Positions 50,317-60,627 are shown, numbered from the stretch's first letter. The stretch is 64,000 bases of DNA from Candidatus Binatia bacterium (GCA_963666315.2 CAXXHG010000015.1:128001-192000); one strand, 5' to 3'. Made by a program: numbers and translations. Notes: a model not told the origin generated them from the letters alone.

Positions 50317-51360
50317 CTATTTGTTGAACAGTCTCTCCTCGCTCGTTTTCTTTAACTCGCCTATTTCCTGTTCAAGTTCACGCACCCGGCGCAACAGCCC
50401 AGGCAGCTTGGGAAGAGCGGCGGAGTAACGTCGCCAGGAGAGGACATTCACTGCAGGGTAGCCACCGATGGTACTATTGGCGGCTACGTCGTTTGGGATC
50501 CCGCTTTGGGCAACCACCCTGGAGTTCTCTCCCACCGTCAGATGTCCAGCCACACCGACCTGTCCGCCGAGTTGTACGTGATCCTCTAGCGTCGTGCTGC
50601 CGGCGAGGCCTACCTGTGCAGCTAAAAAGGCAGACTCGCCGATATCAGATCCATGACCAATCTGGACCAGATTATCAATTTTTGTCCCCCTTCGTACCCG
50701 CGTTGTCCCCATGGTCGCTCGATCAATGGTCGTGTTTGCCCCAATTTCGACTCCGTCTTGGAGTTCAACCGTACCGGCTTGCGGCTTAGAGATAATGGAC
50801 CCATCAGCCATGGGGACGTAGCCAAAACCGTCTCCACCAACGACCACACCGCTCTGCAGTACGACGTTGTTACCGATCAGCACACGCTCACGAACCACTG
50901 CTCCGGCATGGGCGATAAAATCATTGCCTATCTGCGCCTGGGGATAAATCACGACGTGAGCAAAGAGCCGGACGTAATCGCCAATCACCACGTCGTCGTC
51001 GATCACCACATACGGACCAATCGACGCATGCTCACCGAGGCGGGCTGATGGTGCAATGACGGCTGTGGGATGGATACCTTCCGGCGGAACGTAGGGAGGA
51101 TAGAACCAACCCAGCACTTGCGCGACCGCCAGGTCAGGGTTTTCCGTTCGGAGAGACGGCAATGCTACCGTAGGGGCATCGGTCGGGAGAATGACAGCAG
51201 CCGCCCGGGTAGCGGGCAATTTTGCAAAGTATTTTTTATTAGCGACGAACGTCAGATCTTCGGGCCCGGCTTCATCTATCGTCTTCATTCCTGCAATCGG
51301 AAGGTCTCCATTCCCCTGCAGCTTACATTCCAAGCGTGCTGCGATTTCAGACAGTTTCAT
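50317..51360 (-). CDS. lpxD: UDP-3-O-acylglucosamine N-acyltransferase
   Basis: Hexapeptide repeats, GGDGFGY, EIGANTTIDR, KIDNLVQIGH. Confidence 0.95.
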   Translation of the reverse strand: MKLSEIAARLECKLQGNGDLPIAGMKTIDEAGPEDLTFVANKKYFAKLPATRAAAVILPTDAPTVALPSLRTENPDLAVAQVLGWFYPPYVPPEGIHPTAVIAPSARLGEHASIGPYVVIDDDVVIGDYVRLFAHVVIYPQAQIGNDFIAHAGAVVRERVLIGNNVVLQSGVVVGGDGFGYVPMADGSIISKPQAGTVELQDGVEIGANTTIDRATMGTTRVRRGTKIDNLVQIGHGSDIGESAFLAAQVGLAGSTTLEDHVQLGGQVGVAGHLTVGENSRVVAQSGIPNDVAANSTIGGYPAVNVLSWRRYSAALPKLPGLLRRVRELEQEIGELKKTSEERLFNK

Positions 51361-51904
51361 AGTCTTACTCCCCCTGCGGCTTTCATTTTGAGAGGCGCCG
51401 GCTTGTCAAATACGGTATGGTGCCATATGTAGCAAAGACGCAAGAGAACGCCTATGCGTTGCTTCACACTCCGACATTGTGGGTGGTGGTGGTTGGTAGC
51501 CGTGTGGCTCTCGGGGTGCTCACAGTGGGCGACGCCTGCCCTTGCCCTCCTGCGGCCATCCCTCCCTGCGGTTCACTATGTCAAGCCGACCACCCCAAGG
51601 CGGTGGTCGGCTTGACCCAGAATGCTGTTGACGCACTCCAAGAGCGTAATCTCCGTTGGCAACAATACGTTGAATTTCTAGAGCAGCGTTTGCAAGGGGG
51701 TCGGTAAGCCAACTGTATTTTTTTCGGAGGAAGGTTAGAAGATGAGATGTTTGGCTGTCGCCAGTAGCCGCCTATGGTAGGAAATCCGTTTACTTCCAGC
51801 CATAAGCGTGGCAGCTTCCAGCGGTCTGCGCAGACAGTAAAACGTAGTGCGAAAATATGCAAAAGACGGAAAATCCGAATAACACGGAGTCACAAAAGGA
51901 TCTT

Positions 51905-52778
51905 ATGAAAATTCTCAGACTTGGACTCCCCAAAGGGAGTCTTGAGGCAGCAACAATTGAGTTATTCAAGAAGTCGGGCTGGAAAGTCTCAACCAGCGCG
52001 CGCAGCTATTTTCCGAGTATCAATGACCCGACGCTGCGCTGTGTGCTTATCAGGGCTCAGGAAATGGCGCGCTATGTAGAGTCCGGGACCCTCGATGCCG
52101 GCATAACCGGCAAAGACTGGATTATGGAGAACAACTCCGATGTCGAAGTCATTATTGATCTCGTCTACTCCAAAGCGAGTTTTCAGCCCACGCGCTGGGT
52201 CCTTGCGGTTCCGCAGGACTCGCCGATCAAAGGTCTGGAGGATCTCAAGGGGGAAAAGGATAGCCACCGAGCTGGTCAACTATGCCAAACGATATTTTGC
52301 CGAACGCCAGATCCAGGTCGAGGTCGAGTTCTCCTGGGGGGCGACAGAAGCAAAGGCTGCCGACGGCCTGGTTGATGCTATCGTTGAGGTGACGGAATCC
52401 GGCTCGACGATACGCGCCCATGGTCTCAAGATCATCCATGAACTGTTTAGCTCAAACCCCCAGCTGATTGCCAACAAGCAGTCCCTGCAGGATCCACGCA
52501 AGCGGCAAAAGATCGATCAAATTGCTCTGCTGCTCAAGGGTGCACTTGCTGCGGAGGCAAAAGTCGGGATCAAGCTGAACGTCGCTAAAGAACACCTTGA
52601 TCGCATCGTCAAAATGCTGCCCAGTCTCACCGCCCCGACCGTCTCGCCGCTGTATCAAACAGACTGGTTCGCTGTGGAGAGTGTGATCAATGAAGACGTC
52701 GTCCGCGAGCTGATTCCGCAGCTTATCAAGAGCGGGGCGGTCGGCATCATCGAATACCCTCTGAATAAAATCATTTAG
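51905..52778 (+). pseudogene. hisG: ATP phosphoribosyltransferase (long form), +1 frameshift in G run 52249-52253
   Basis: [24 protein letters not shown] | [40 protein letters not shown]. Confidence 0.9.
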
Positions 52779-52782
52779 CCAC

Positions 52783-52810
52783 AAAAAAGGGAGCCTATGG
52801 GCTCCCTTTT
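52783..52810. terminator. bidirectional rho-independent terminator
   Basis: AAAAAAGGGAGC-CTATGG-GCTCCCTTTT between convergent hisG and ferredoxin genes. Confidence 0.85.
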
Positions 52811-52837
52811 CGCTCTCGTTGGCTCGGCTATTCCGGC

Positions 52838-53308
52838 CTACGGGGTTGCCTCTTCGACTTCCAAACCAATCGAGGTTAAAAAGCTCTCTTTCTCTCCGCC
52901 CGGCATAATATAGATGCCTTCCCAGCCACACACCTCTTCACAGAGCTTGCATCCTACACACGTCTTCTCTTCCACTTCGACGCGTCCGAGATACTGGGGA
53001 CCATTGTTCGCGGACGGATAGATGCAATCGAAAGGACACACATCAATGCACACGCCACAGCCATTACAGTTATCCTGGTGGACGATGGCAATGGGGCGTT
53101 CTACCCGTTTGAGCACGTGGGTCATGTTACCAAAGGTATCCAGGATGGCGTCGTCTGGGCAAATGACTCCGCACGCGCCACAATCCACACACAGAGTCGC
53201 TTCAATAAGATAGGCCTTTTTTGGATCCCCGCTGATGGCTTTAGTGGGGCAGCGTTTTTCACACGCGCTGCAACCGGTGCAGTTCTCGGCGATTATCGTA
53301 AACGGCAT
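52838..53308 (-). CDS. 4Fe-4S polyferredoxin (four CxxCxxCxxxC motifs)
   Basis: CTGCSACEKRCP, CVDCGACGVICP, CNGCGVCIDVCP, CVGCKLCEEVC. Confidence 0.92.
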   Translation of the reverse strand: MPFTIIAENCTGCSACEKRCPTKAISGDPKKAYLIEATLCVDCGACGVICPDDAILDTFGNMTHVLKRVERPIAIVHQDNCNGCGVCIDVCPFDCIYPSANNGPQYLGRVEVEEKTCVGCKLCEEVCGWEGIYIMPGGEKESFLTSIGLEVEEATP

Positions 53309-53321
53309 GCGGTCCGCCTCC

Positions 53322-53507
53322 CTATTCCTGCATCTCTTTTAAGATTTCATCGGCTCGACCTTCTTCGATCAACTGGTCATTCTTACGTCCCTCGCGAAAG
53401 GCAAGCCAGGTGAAATAAAAGATCAAAAACATGAGGCCGACAATAGGAATGTTATCGGGCTTCAGCAGGATTTCTATAAATTGATCCCAACCTGATTCGT
53501 GCATCAT
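53322..53507 (-). CDS. small single-TM membrane protein (PDNIPIV motif)
   Basis: KPDNIPIVGLMFLIFYFTWLAFREGRKND; co-oriented with the ferredoxin. Confidence 0.7.
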   Translation of the reverse strand: MMHESGWDQFIEILLKPDNIPIVGLMFLIFYFTWLAFREGRKNDQLIEEGRADEILKEMQE

Positions 53508-53601
53508 TAGGCAAGAGCTTTATCGAGTCTTGGGGTTGTTGTCAATATCGAACTGTCCATGTCGGCGTATACTTTCTCATCTCTGCATTCAGTATGAATA
53601 A

Positions 53602-53622
53602 TACACGAGATTCTCTCGTGTA
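53602..53622. promoter_or_regulatory. perfect palindrome in divergent promoter region (putative operator)
   Basis: TACACGAGA-TTC-TCTCGTGTA. Confidence 0.5.
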
Positions 53623-53719
53623 CACAAGCTTTCCCTCACGCTTCCCTCCCCTTGCGGAGGTCAGACTTTCCGGTATAAAGGGGAGCGATTCTGCACAGAC
53701 ATAAGGGGTAAAGAAATCC

Positions 53720-54667
53720 ATGCTACGCTGGCTTCCGGAAGACGTATCCCCATACGGGGCAGGCATCGATTCGCTCTTCTATCTTATCTACTACATCACA
53801 GCGGCCGCTTTCATTCTGGTCACCGCGCTCATGATCATCTTCTTGTACCAGTATCGCCATAATGACAACCGCCGGGCAATATACACCCATGGCAACACCT
53901 CCCTAGAGTTGGTGTGGACCATCATTCCCGCCCTGGTCTTTATTGGGCTCGGACTGGCAAGTAAGTCGCTCTGGGAAGAAATTAAACTCACCATCCCGGA
54001 AACCGACGAGGTCATTCAAATCACCGGCAAACAGTTCAACTGGGAAATCCTCTACCCCGGCCCTGACCGAGAATTTGAGACTGGAGACGATTATCAAGTC
54101 GATAACGATATCCACGTCCCAGTCGGCAAACCAATTCGCGTCCTCCTACAGTCTAAGGATGTCATCCATAGCTTATTTCTGCCGAATCTGCGCTTTAAAC
54201 AAGATACAATGCCAGGCCGAACGATCGAGGCCTGGTTTCAGGCGAATAAACCCGGCAAGTACGAAATGCCATGCGCTGAACTGTGTGGGTTCGGCCATTC
54301 GGGCATGAAAGGCTGGCTGTATGCCGATACGCCTGAAGACTACGCCGCGTGGTTCAAGAAGCGTTGGCCAGATGCAGCTCTGAACGGCGCCCCTGCTTCG
54401 GAGGCTCAGGAAGAAGTTGCAGCTGCAGCACCAGCGGCCGAGTCTAGCCAAGACGCAGCTGATCAGGCTGCGCCACCGGCGACAGCTAACTTGCAGCCGA
54501 CAGAGGAAGCGCCCCCTGAAGCCGCAGGAGAAACGGTCACTGAAGCCGCTCAAGAAACGACTGAGGCCGCCGGAGAAACAGTCGAAGCTGCAACCGACCA
54601 CACGCAAGAGGATGGGAACGAAGCCGCTACTAGCGTTGAGGATGCGGTCGAAGAAGCGGCTGAATAA
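53720..54667 (+). CDS. coxB: cytochrome c oxidase subunit II with acidic C-terminal tail
   Basis: ELVWTIIP, DVIHS, CuA motif CAELCGFGHSGM. Confidence 0.95.
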   Translation: MLRWLPEDVSPYGAGIDSLFYLIYYITAAAFILVTALMIIFLYQYRHNDNRRAIYTHGNTSLELVWTIIPALVFIGLGLASKSLWEEIKLTIPETDEVIQITGKQFNWEILYPGPDREFETGDDYQVDNDIHVPVGKPIRVLLQSKDVIHSLFLPNLRFKQDTMPGRTIEAWFQANKPGKYEMPCAELCGFGHSGMKGWLYADTPEDYAAWFKKRWPDAALNGAPASEAQEEVAAAAPAAESSQDAADQAAPPATANLQPTEEAPPEAAGETVTEAAQETTEAAGETVEAATDHTQEDGNEAATSVEDAVEEAAE

Positions 54668-54693
54668 ACAGCCCACAAGACAGGAGAGAGTCA

Positions 54694-56469
54694 ATGAGTG
54701 ACGCAGGAGCCGTCGCCACGCACGCGACACATGCAGAGCACCACGAGCTAGGATTTATCCGCACGTATATTTTCTCGACTGATCACAAAATGATCGGCCG
54801 CCAGTTTTTGTTCTCAGCCATCCTCATGCTCATCTTTGGCGGCCTCATGGCGATGATGATGCGCTGGGAGCTGGCCTGGCCTGAGACCCCGGTTCCGTTT
54901 ACCAGTTGGATCTCTGAGCCGTTCATGTATGCCGAGCCAGAGCATGGTCTATACGGCGCGTATATGGACCCGGCCTTTTACAACTCGCTGTTCACCATGC
55001 ATGCCACGATCATGATCTTTTTTGTGGTGATGCCGTTTCTGATAGGCGGGTTCGGCAATTTCCTCATTCCACTCATGATCGGCGCTGGCGACATGGCCTT
55101 TCCACTGTTGAACCTGCTTTCATTTTGGACGGCGGTGCCAGCTATTGGTCTCATCCTGTACAGCTTCTTCGTGGAAGGTGGGGCCGCCGCTGGCGGTTGG
55201 ACTATGTACGCCACCTTATCCGCAGATCCCACCCTGAGCGGTGTGGATGCCGGTGTGAACCTGTGGATCATCAGCCTGCTCGTCCTGGGTGTCTCCTCTC
55301 TGATGGGTGCGGTCAACTATATCACCACGATCATCAACATGCGGGCGCCGGGGATGACCTGGTTCCGCATGCCTTTGGTTGTCTGGTCCTTGTTCATCAC
55401 CGCGATCTTGTTACTACTGGCGCTGCCAGTGCTGACTGCCGCGCTCGGCATGTTGCTGTTCGATCGGACTATGGGCACGAGTTTCTTCTTACCTGCTGGC
55501 GGTGGAGAACCTATCCTGTGGCAACATTTGTTCTGGTTCTTCGGTCATCCCGAAGTGTATGTCCTGGTGCTACCCGCCATGGGTGTCACCTCAGACATTC
55601 TCGCCACCTTCTCGCGTAAGCCCATTTTTGGTTACAAAGCCATGGCCTTCTCTATGATCTCTTTGGCGTTTCTGTCTTGGATCGTATGGGGCCATCATAT
55701 GTTTGTGAGTGGCATGAACCCGGTTCTGGGGACAGCCTTCATGCTCACTACGATGGTCATTGCCGTCCCCTCAGCCATTAAGACGTTTAATTGGCTCGGC
55801 ACCTTATGGGGCGGCAATATTCGTTTTGCCAGCCCGATGCTGTTTGCCTTGGGTTTCGTGTCTAACTTTGTGATTGGTGGTTTAAGCGGCATTTATATGG
55901 CCTCAACCCCGGTCGACATCTTCATGCACGACACCTACTTCATTGTCGCCCACTTCCACTATGTCGTGGCAGGCATCATCTTTGGCATGTTTGCCGCACT
56001 CTACTATTGGTTCCCGAAACTCTTTGGCCGCATGATGAACGAAAAGCTGGCCAAGACGCATTTCTTCCTGACGTATATCTTCTTCAACTGTGCCTTCTTT
56101 CCTATGCACTTCTTGGGCGTGGCCGGTCATATGCGCCGTATCTACAACCCCCTGCAGTATGAGTTTCTGCACGATATGCAGTGGTGGAACGTCTTTATCA
56201 CCATGAGCGCGCTCTGTCTGGCTGCCTCCCAGATCATCTTTTTTGTGAACTTTGTCTGGAGTTTATTTGCCGGAAAGAAAGCCGAAAATAACCCGTGGGA
56301 CGCCAACACTTTGGAATGGACGGTACCCTCTCCTCCGGGGCACGGAAACTTTGACACAACGCCGACCGTGTATCGAGGTCCATACGAGTACAGCTCCCCT
56401 CTGGTGAAGGAAGACTGGTTACCGCAGGATCGGCAACTCGGCCCGGCAGCGGCTAGCGCCTCACATTAA
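54694..56469 (+). CDS. ctaD: cytochrome c oxidase subunit I (type A1)
   Basis: STDHKMIG, TMHATIM, WFFGHPEVY, VWGHHMF, HDTYFIVAHFHY. Confidence 0.97.
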   Translation: MSDAGAVATHATHAEHHELGFIRTYIFSTDHKMIGRQFLFSAILMLIFGGLMAMMMRWELAWPETPVPFTSWISEPFMYAEPEHGLYGAYMDPAFYNSLFTMHATIMIFFVVMPFLIGGFGNFLIPLMIGAGDMAFPLLNLLSFWTAVPAIGLILYSFFVEGGAAAGGWTMYATLSADPTLSGVDAGVNLWIISLLVLGVSSLMGAVNYITTIINMRAPGMTWFRMPLVVWSLFITAILLLLALPVLTAALGMLLFDRTMGTSFFLPAGGGEPILWQHLFWFFGHPEVYVLVLPAMGVTSDILATFSRKPIFGYKAMAFSMISLAFLSWIVWGHHMFVSGMNPVLGTAFMLTTMVIAVPSAIKTFNWLGTLWGGNIRFASPMLFALGFVSNFVIGGLSGIYMASTPVDIFMHDTYFIVAHFHYVVAGIIFGMFAALYYWFPKLFGRMMNEKLAKTHFFLTYIFFNCAFFPMHFLGVAGHMRRIYNPLQYEFLHDMQWWNVFITMSALCLAASQIIFFVNFVWSLFAGKKAENNPWDANTLEWTVPSPPGHGNFDTTPTVYRGPYEYSSPLVKEDWLPQDRQLGPAAASASH

Positions 56470-56490
56470 GGTACAAACAGGCTGCACCTT

Positions 56491-56545
56491 GCCCGGTCGT
56501 ACTCTGATATAGTCAACACAGGAGAGCGACCGGGCTTTTCTGTTT
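56491..56545 (+). terminator. terminator-like hairpin after subunit I gene
   Basis: GCCCGGTCG...CGACCGGGC followed by TTTTCTGTTT; unusually long loop. Confidence 0.4.
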
Positions 56546-56610
56546 ATTCGGAGGAAAGACAGTATCGGGACTGGAGAAGCGGGAATTTTTTCCAGCCCAT
56601 ATTCCAGCTC

Positions 56611-57564
56611 ATGGTTACGGAGAAGATCGTTTTGGCCTCTCTCGATCACGACTCAGCCTGGCCTCATCGGATTGCCGTACTCACAGCAATCATGACCCTG
56701 CCGCTGCTTTTTGTGGGTGGATTAGTGACCAGTCTCAAGGTCGGTATGGTTGTCCCCGATTGGCCGACCACCTTTGGTTATAATATGTTCCTCTACCCAT
56801 GGTCGAAGATGATAGGCGGCATCTTCTACGAACATAGTCACCGTTTACTCGGATCGGCCGTCGGCCTGCTCACAATCGTGCTGGCAGGCGTGCTCTGGTT
56901 CAAGGAATCTCGGCAATGGCTGCGTTGGCTCGGTCTCATTGCGCTTGGCGCAGTCATTCTTCAAGGAGTTCTTGGCGGACTGCGGGTGATTCTTGTGCAG
57001 CCCAAGATCGCCATTATTCATGCCTGCGTTGCACAGGTATTTTTTGCCCTGGTGACAAGCCTGGCCCTTTTTACTTCTAGAGAATGGAAATCGTATATAC
57101 AGCAAACGCCCTCAAAAGCGACAAGAAAAACAAGACAACTCGGTCTATATACAACTGGGCTAATCTATGCCCAGCTCATCCTGGGAGCAATTTTTCGCCA
57201 CACCGGTGCCGGTCTGAGCCTGCATATTCTGGGAGCCGTTGTCGTATTCATCAGCGTCTTTCTCCTCGTCGATCACATGCAACAATACCATGCTGACCAA
57301 CCATTGCTGATGCGTTCAGCTCTTGTCCTACGCAGACTACTTTTGATACAAGTCGGTCTCGGGTTTTTCACGTACGTCGTCAAATATCTTGCCGCAGACG
57401 GCCCCTTGACGTCACAGGCCGTCCTCTTCGCAACGAGTCATGTCATTATCGGCGCGGTCATGCTGGTGACCAGCGTCCGTTTCACCCTGCGCGCCTATCA
57501 CATTCTTGGCGAGCCTCAGACACCAACATTACAACCCATTTTCTCGGAGCAGGTCAGCATATGA
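56611..57564 (+). CDS. ctaA: heme A synthase (COX15/CtaA)
   Basis: GGLVTS...VPDWP, EHSHRLLG, QGVLGGLRV, IHACVAQ. Confidence 0.9.
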   Translation: MVTEKIVLASLDHDSAWPHRIAVLTAIMTLPLLFVGGLVTSLKVGMVVPDWPTTFGYNMFLYPWSKMIGGIFYEHSHRLLGSAVGLLTIVLAGVLWFKESRQWLRWLGLIALGAVILQGVLGGLRVILVQPKIAIIHACVAQVFFALVTSLALFTSREWKSYIQQTPSKATRKTRQLGLYTTGLIYAQLILGAIFRHTGAGLSLHILGAVVVFISVFLLVDHMQQYHADQPLLMRSALVLRRLLLIQVGLGFFTYVVKYLAADGPLTSQAVLFATSHVIIGAVMLVTSVRFTLRAYHILGEPQTPTLQPIFSEQVSI

Positions 57565-58466
57565 TACCGCAAACACAGACCATGGGGCTGGACTTGGCCC
57601 ACACCCGCCACCGCTTGGCCGCCTTTGTCGAACTCACCAAACCACGCTTAGTAAGTATGATCCTGGTGACGACAACCGCCGGTTTTTATCTCGGCTCTTG
57701 GCTCAGCATTGACTATGGACTCCTGTTGCACACCCTGATCGGCACTGGGCTCGCTGGTGGTGGTACTCTCGCCCTCAATCAACTCATAGAGCGTGAGGCA
57801 GATGCCCTGATGGATCGGACAAAAACACGCCCGCTGCCGGATGGCCGGTTGCGGCCAATGGACGCCCTTATATTTGGGGCGCTGCTGACCTCGGTTGGGT
57901 TGGTCTACCTCATGCTGGTGGTGAACCCGTTGAGCGCTTTGGTTACCGCGCTTATCACAGTGAGCTATTTATTTGCCTACACCCCTTTAAAGAAAAAGAC
58001 TGCACTGTGTGGCATCGTTGGGGCAGTGCCTGGCGCACTGCCTCCCGTCATTGGTTGGGTAGCCATCAATGGCACGCTGAGTATCGAAGCCTGGATTTTG
58101 TTCTCGATTATGTTTTTGTGGCAAATGCCACACTCCCTGGCTATCGGCTGGCTGTACCGGGAAGACTATGCACGCGCCGGCTTTCAGCTCTTACCGGTTA
58201 TTGAACCGGACGGCCGCAGCACCGGGCGGCAGGTTGTCACCAACTGTCTTGCCCTCTTAGCCGTTGGCCTACTGCCAACCCTCGTCGGTCTAGCCGGACC
58301 CCGCTATTTTGTTGTGGCATTTTGCCTAGGCTGTCTGTTCTTGTGGTACGGTATTCTCTTGGCACGAACGCGTTCGCGTGAGTCCGCACGGCAGCTCATG
58401 TTTGTCTCGCTTGTGTATTTGCCGGTCTTGCTGACCGCCATGGCTCTGGATAAGATTCCACTCTGA
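57561..58466 (+). CDS. cyoE: protoheme IX farnesyltransferase
   Basis: ELTKPR, DALMDRTKTRPLP, YTPLKK, GAVPGALPP, FLWQMPH, YREDYARAG. Confidence 0.95.
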   Translation: MIPQTQTMGLDLAHTRHRLAAFVELTKPRLVSMILVTTTAGFYLGSWLSIDYGLLLHTLIGTGLAGGGTLALNQLIEREADALMDRTKTRPLPDGRLRPMDALIFGALLTSVGLVYLMLVVNPLSALVTALITVSYLFAYTPLKKKTALCGIVGAVPGALPPVIGWVAINGTLSIEAWILFSIMFLWQMPHSLAIGWLYREDYARAGFQLLPVIEPDGRSTGRQVVTNCLALLAVGLLPTLVGLAGPRYFVVAFCLGCLFLWYGILLARTRSRESARQLMFVSLVYLPVLLTAMALDKIPL

Positions 58467-58623
58467 GCAAAGGGGTGTTTCCTGAAGTTGGTAACCCGAG
58501 TCGCACGGCAGGACAAGAATTACTCCTTAGGCTGTAGGCTCGCATTCTTCATCGTGCTGTATATTGCGGCAACGACCTGTTTTATTATTTTCGTGTAGTC
58601 AAGCCGAGCGAAACGCACCGCGT

Positions 58624-59301
58624 ATGTCGCACGCATCAATCGTACCTGCCACACCCGCCGCACCCGCTCCGATTTCCCCTCCGAACGATGTATTGACCGC
58701 TGTGCCGAGCCTCGGTGGCCCGCGCCCGCCCCGCGCCTCACAACCACCGATGAGTAACGCCCGCATGGGCATGCTGATGTTGATCGGTGCAGAAACCATG
58801 TTTTTCGCTGGTTTAATAGGTGCCTATGTAGTTTTCCGGTTTGGCAGTCAGGTCTGGCCCTCAGGCCGTTTATACCTGCCTGTCGGAGTGACCGGGGTGA
58901 ATACGTGTTTTCTCCTGTTCAGTTGCTACACCATGCACCGGGCTCTCAAGTCTATCCGGTCTGGCCGGGCAAACCAGCAGCAGCCGTTTGTCAAATGGCT
59001 CACCATTACAGCGCTGCTAGGCAGCATTTTTCTGGGCGTGCAAGGCTATGAGTGGATCCAACTCGTCCGTGATGGTCTGACAATCTCCACGGGCATGTAT
59101 GGCGCGACTTTCTACACCCTGATTGGTTGCCACGGCTTGCATGTGCTTGCGGCCGTACTCTGGCTGGGTATTGTATTGCTGCAAGCCCGACGTGGCAAGT
59201 TTTCAGACCACAGCCATATCGGCGTCGAGACGTGCAGCATGTATTGGTACTACGTCGGCGCTCTGTGGCTAGTGCTATTCCCCCTCGTCTATTTGAATTA
59301 A
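58624..59301 (+). CDS. cytochrome c oxidase subunit III (paralog a)
   Basis: AETMFFAGL, FLGVQGYEW, GCHGLHV, YWYYV. Confidence 0.9.
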   Translation: MSHASIVPATPAAPAPISPPNDVLTAVPSLGGPRPPRASQPPMSNARMGMLMLIGAETMFFAGLIGAYVVFRFGSQVWPSGRLYLPVGVTGVNTCFLLFSCYTMHRALKSIRSGRANQQQPFVKWLTITALLGSIFLGVQGYEWIQLVRDGLTISTGMYGATFYTLIGCHGLHVLAAVLWLGIVLLQARRGKFSDHSHIGVETCSMYWYYVGALWLVLFPLVYLN

Positions 59302-59311
59302 AACAGAGCCT

Positions 59312-59656
59312 ATGCGAATACGTCACGCGCCTCAATTGCCCGTCCGCTGCTATACGACTGCATACCTGACGATTGCATTCTTGGCCGTGTTAAGCATGCT
59401 GGCATTAGCCGCGAGCCAAGACGCCCTAGCACAAGGATGCGCGATGTGCCAGACTCTTTTTCCCAGTGAAAACGCAACCTTGGTTCAGGGTATGTTACGC
59501 AGCGCCTTCTTTTTAATGGCCATGCCGTTCGTCGTATTCGGTTCCATAGCCGGCTGTATTTTTTACCGCTACTGGAAGATGAATCGCTCATCACGAGCAG
59601 AAGGGACGATAATACCTTTCCAGGTCATGTCGACACCGAAGGAGGAACGACCTTGA
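59312..59656 (+). CDS. small membrane protein with AQGCAMC motif, cox operon
   Basis: Signal/TM + CxxC (CAMC) + second TM; lies between the two subunit III genes. Confidence 0.7.
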   Translation: MRIRHAPQLPVRCYTTAYLTIAFLAVLSMLALAASQDALAQGCAMCQTLFPSENATLVQGMLRSAFFLMAMPFVVFGSIAGCIFYRYWKMNRSSRAEGTIIPFQVMSTPKEERP

Positions 59657-60276
59657 GCGAAGCTGTTATAGACGCCCATGTCCACGTGAAGCAGCCTGCA
59701 GAATCACCAGTCACCCCAGAGAGCTGGGGCAAGCTGGGGATGTGGGTTTTCCTCGCTGGTGACGCGATGTCCTTTGGTGGACTTTTAGCCGGTTACGGCG
59801 CGATCCGCGCGAGTAGTCCGGACTGGCCCAATCCACTTCAGACACTGGGAATCCAGCTCACCGCCTTCATGACCTTCCTGCTGATTGTCAGCAGCTTTAC
59901 TATGGTCAAAGCCCTGTCCGCAGCAAAACACAACGATCTGGCCGGATTCCGCAAATTCATGCTGCTGACTATTCTCGGTGGAACCGTCTTTTTGGGACTG
60001 CAGGCCTATGAGTGGACGCATCTAACCCATGTAGGCATGACCATGAGTGAGAATCCATGGGGTGCCTCTTTGTTTGGTACGACCTTTTACGTCCTAACCG
60101 GCTTTCATGGCTGTCACGTCTTTAGCGGGGTGGTGTATCTATCCTGCGTTCTGTGGACAGGCATCGGAGGCAGATTCACGGGAGACAATGCCAGTCCAGT
60201 TGAGATTGTCGGCCTGTATTGGCACTTTGTGGATCTGGTGTGGATCTTGGTCTTTACCTTTGTATACCTGCTGTAG
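59653..60276 (+). CDS. cytochrome c oxidase subunit III (paralog b)
   Basis: [35 protein letters not shown]. Confidence 0.92.
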   Translation: MSEAVIDAHVHVKQPAESPVTPESWGKLGMWVFLAGDAMSFGGLLAGYGAIRASSPDWPNPLQTLGIQLTAFMTFLLIVSSFTMVKALSAAKHNDLAGFRKFMLLTILGGTVFLGLQAYEWTHLTHVGMTMSENPWGASLFGTTFYVLTGFHGCHVFSGVVYLSCVLWTGIGGRFTGDNASPVEIVGLYWHFVDLVWILVFTFVYLL

Positions 60277-60285
60277 ATGGGAGAT

Positions 60286-60627
60286 ATGATGGCAAGCGAA
60301 CATGCTGAGCATGCAGAACCGAACTATTTCGCCATTATGGTGATACTCACCATTCTGACGATTATCGAAATCATCATTCCCCAACTCATTTCAGCAAAAC
60401 TGACTGCGGGGACGCTGCTTGTTTCTCTGGCAGTTGTGAAAGCCGTCATCGTCGCACTGTATTTCATGCATCTCCGGTTCGAACGAACACTCCTCGGGGT
60501 CATTGCCATGACGCCAATGGTGATCTGTGTCTTTCTCATTGTGATGTTACTGCCAGACCTGACTGCAAGTACGAAAACCTACACGCCACCTGAGAAACCC
60601 GTTGTCAGCGAAACGGGTCACCATTAA
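60286..60627 (+). CDS. cytochrome c oxidase subunit IV family protein
   Basis: AVVKAVIVALYFMHLRFE. Confidence 0.88.
   Translation: MMASEHAEHAEPNYFAIMVILTILTIIEIIIPQLISAKLTAGTLLVSLAVVKAVIVALYFMHLRFERTLLGVIAMTPMVICVFLIVMLLPDLTASTKTYTPPEKPVVSETGHH

Noticed and set aside
51417-51707. 96-aa ORF between lpxD and hisG
   Set aside because: No recognisable family and weak start signals; cannot be supported as a gene
52245-52260. Programmed ribosomal frameshift in hisG
   Set aside because: No precedent known to me and no clear stimulatory structure; a simple indel is more parsimonious
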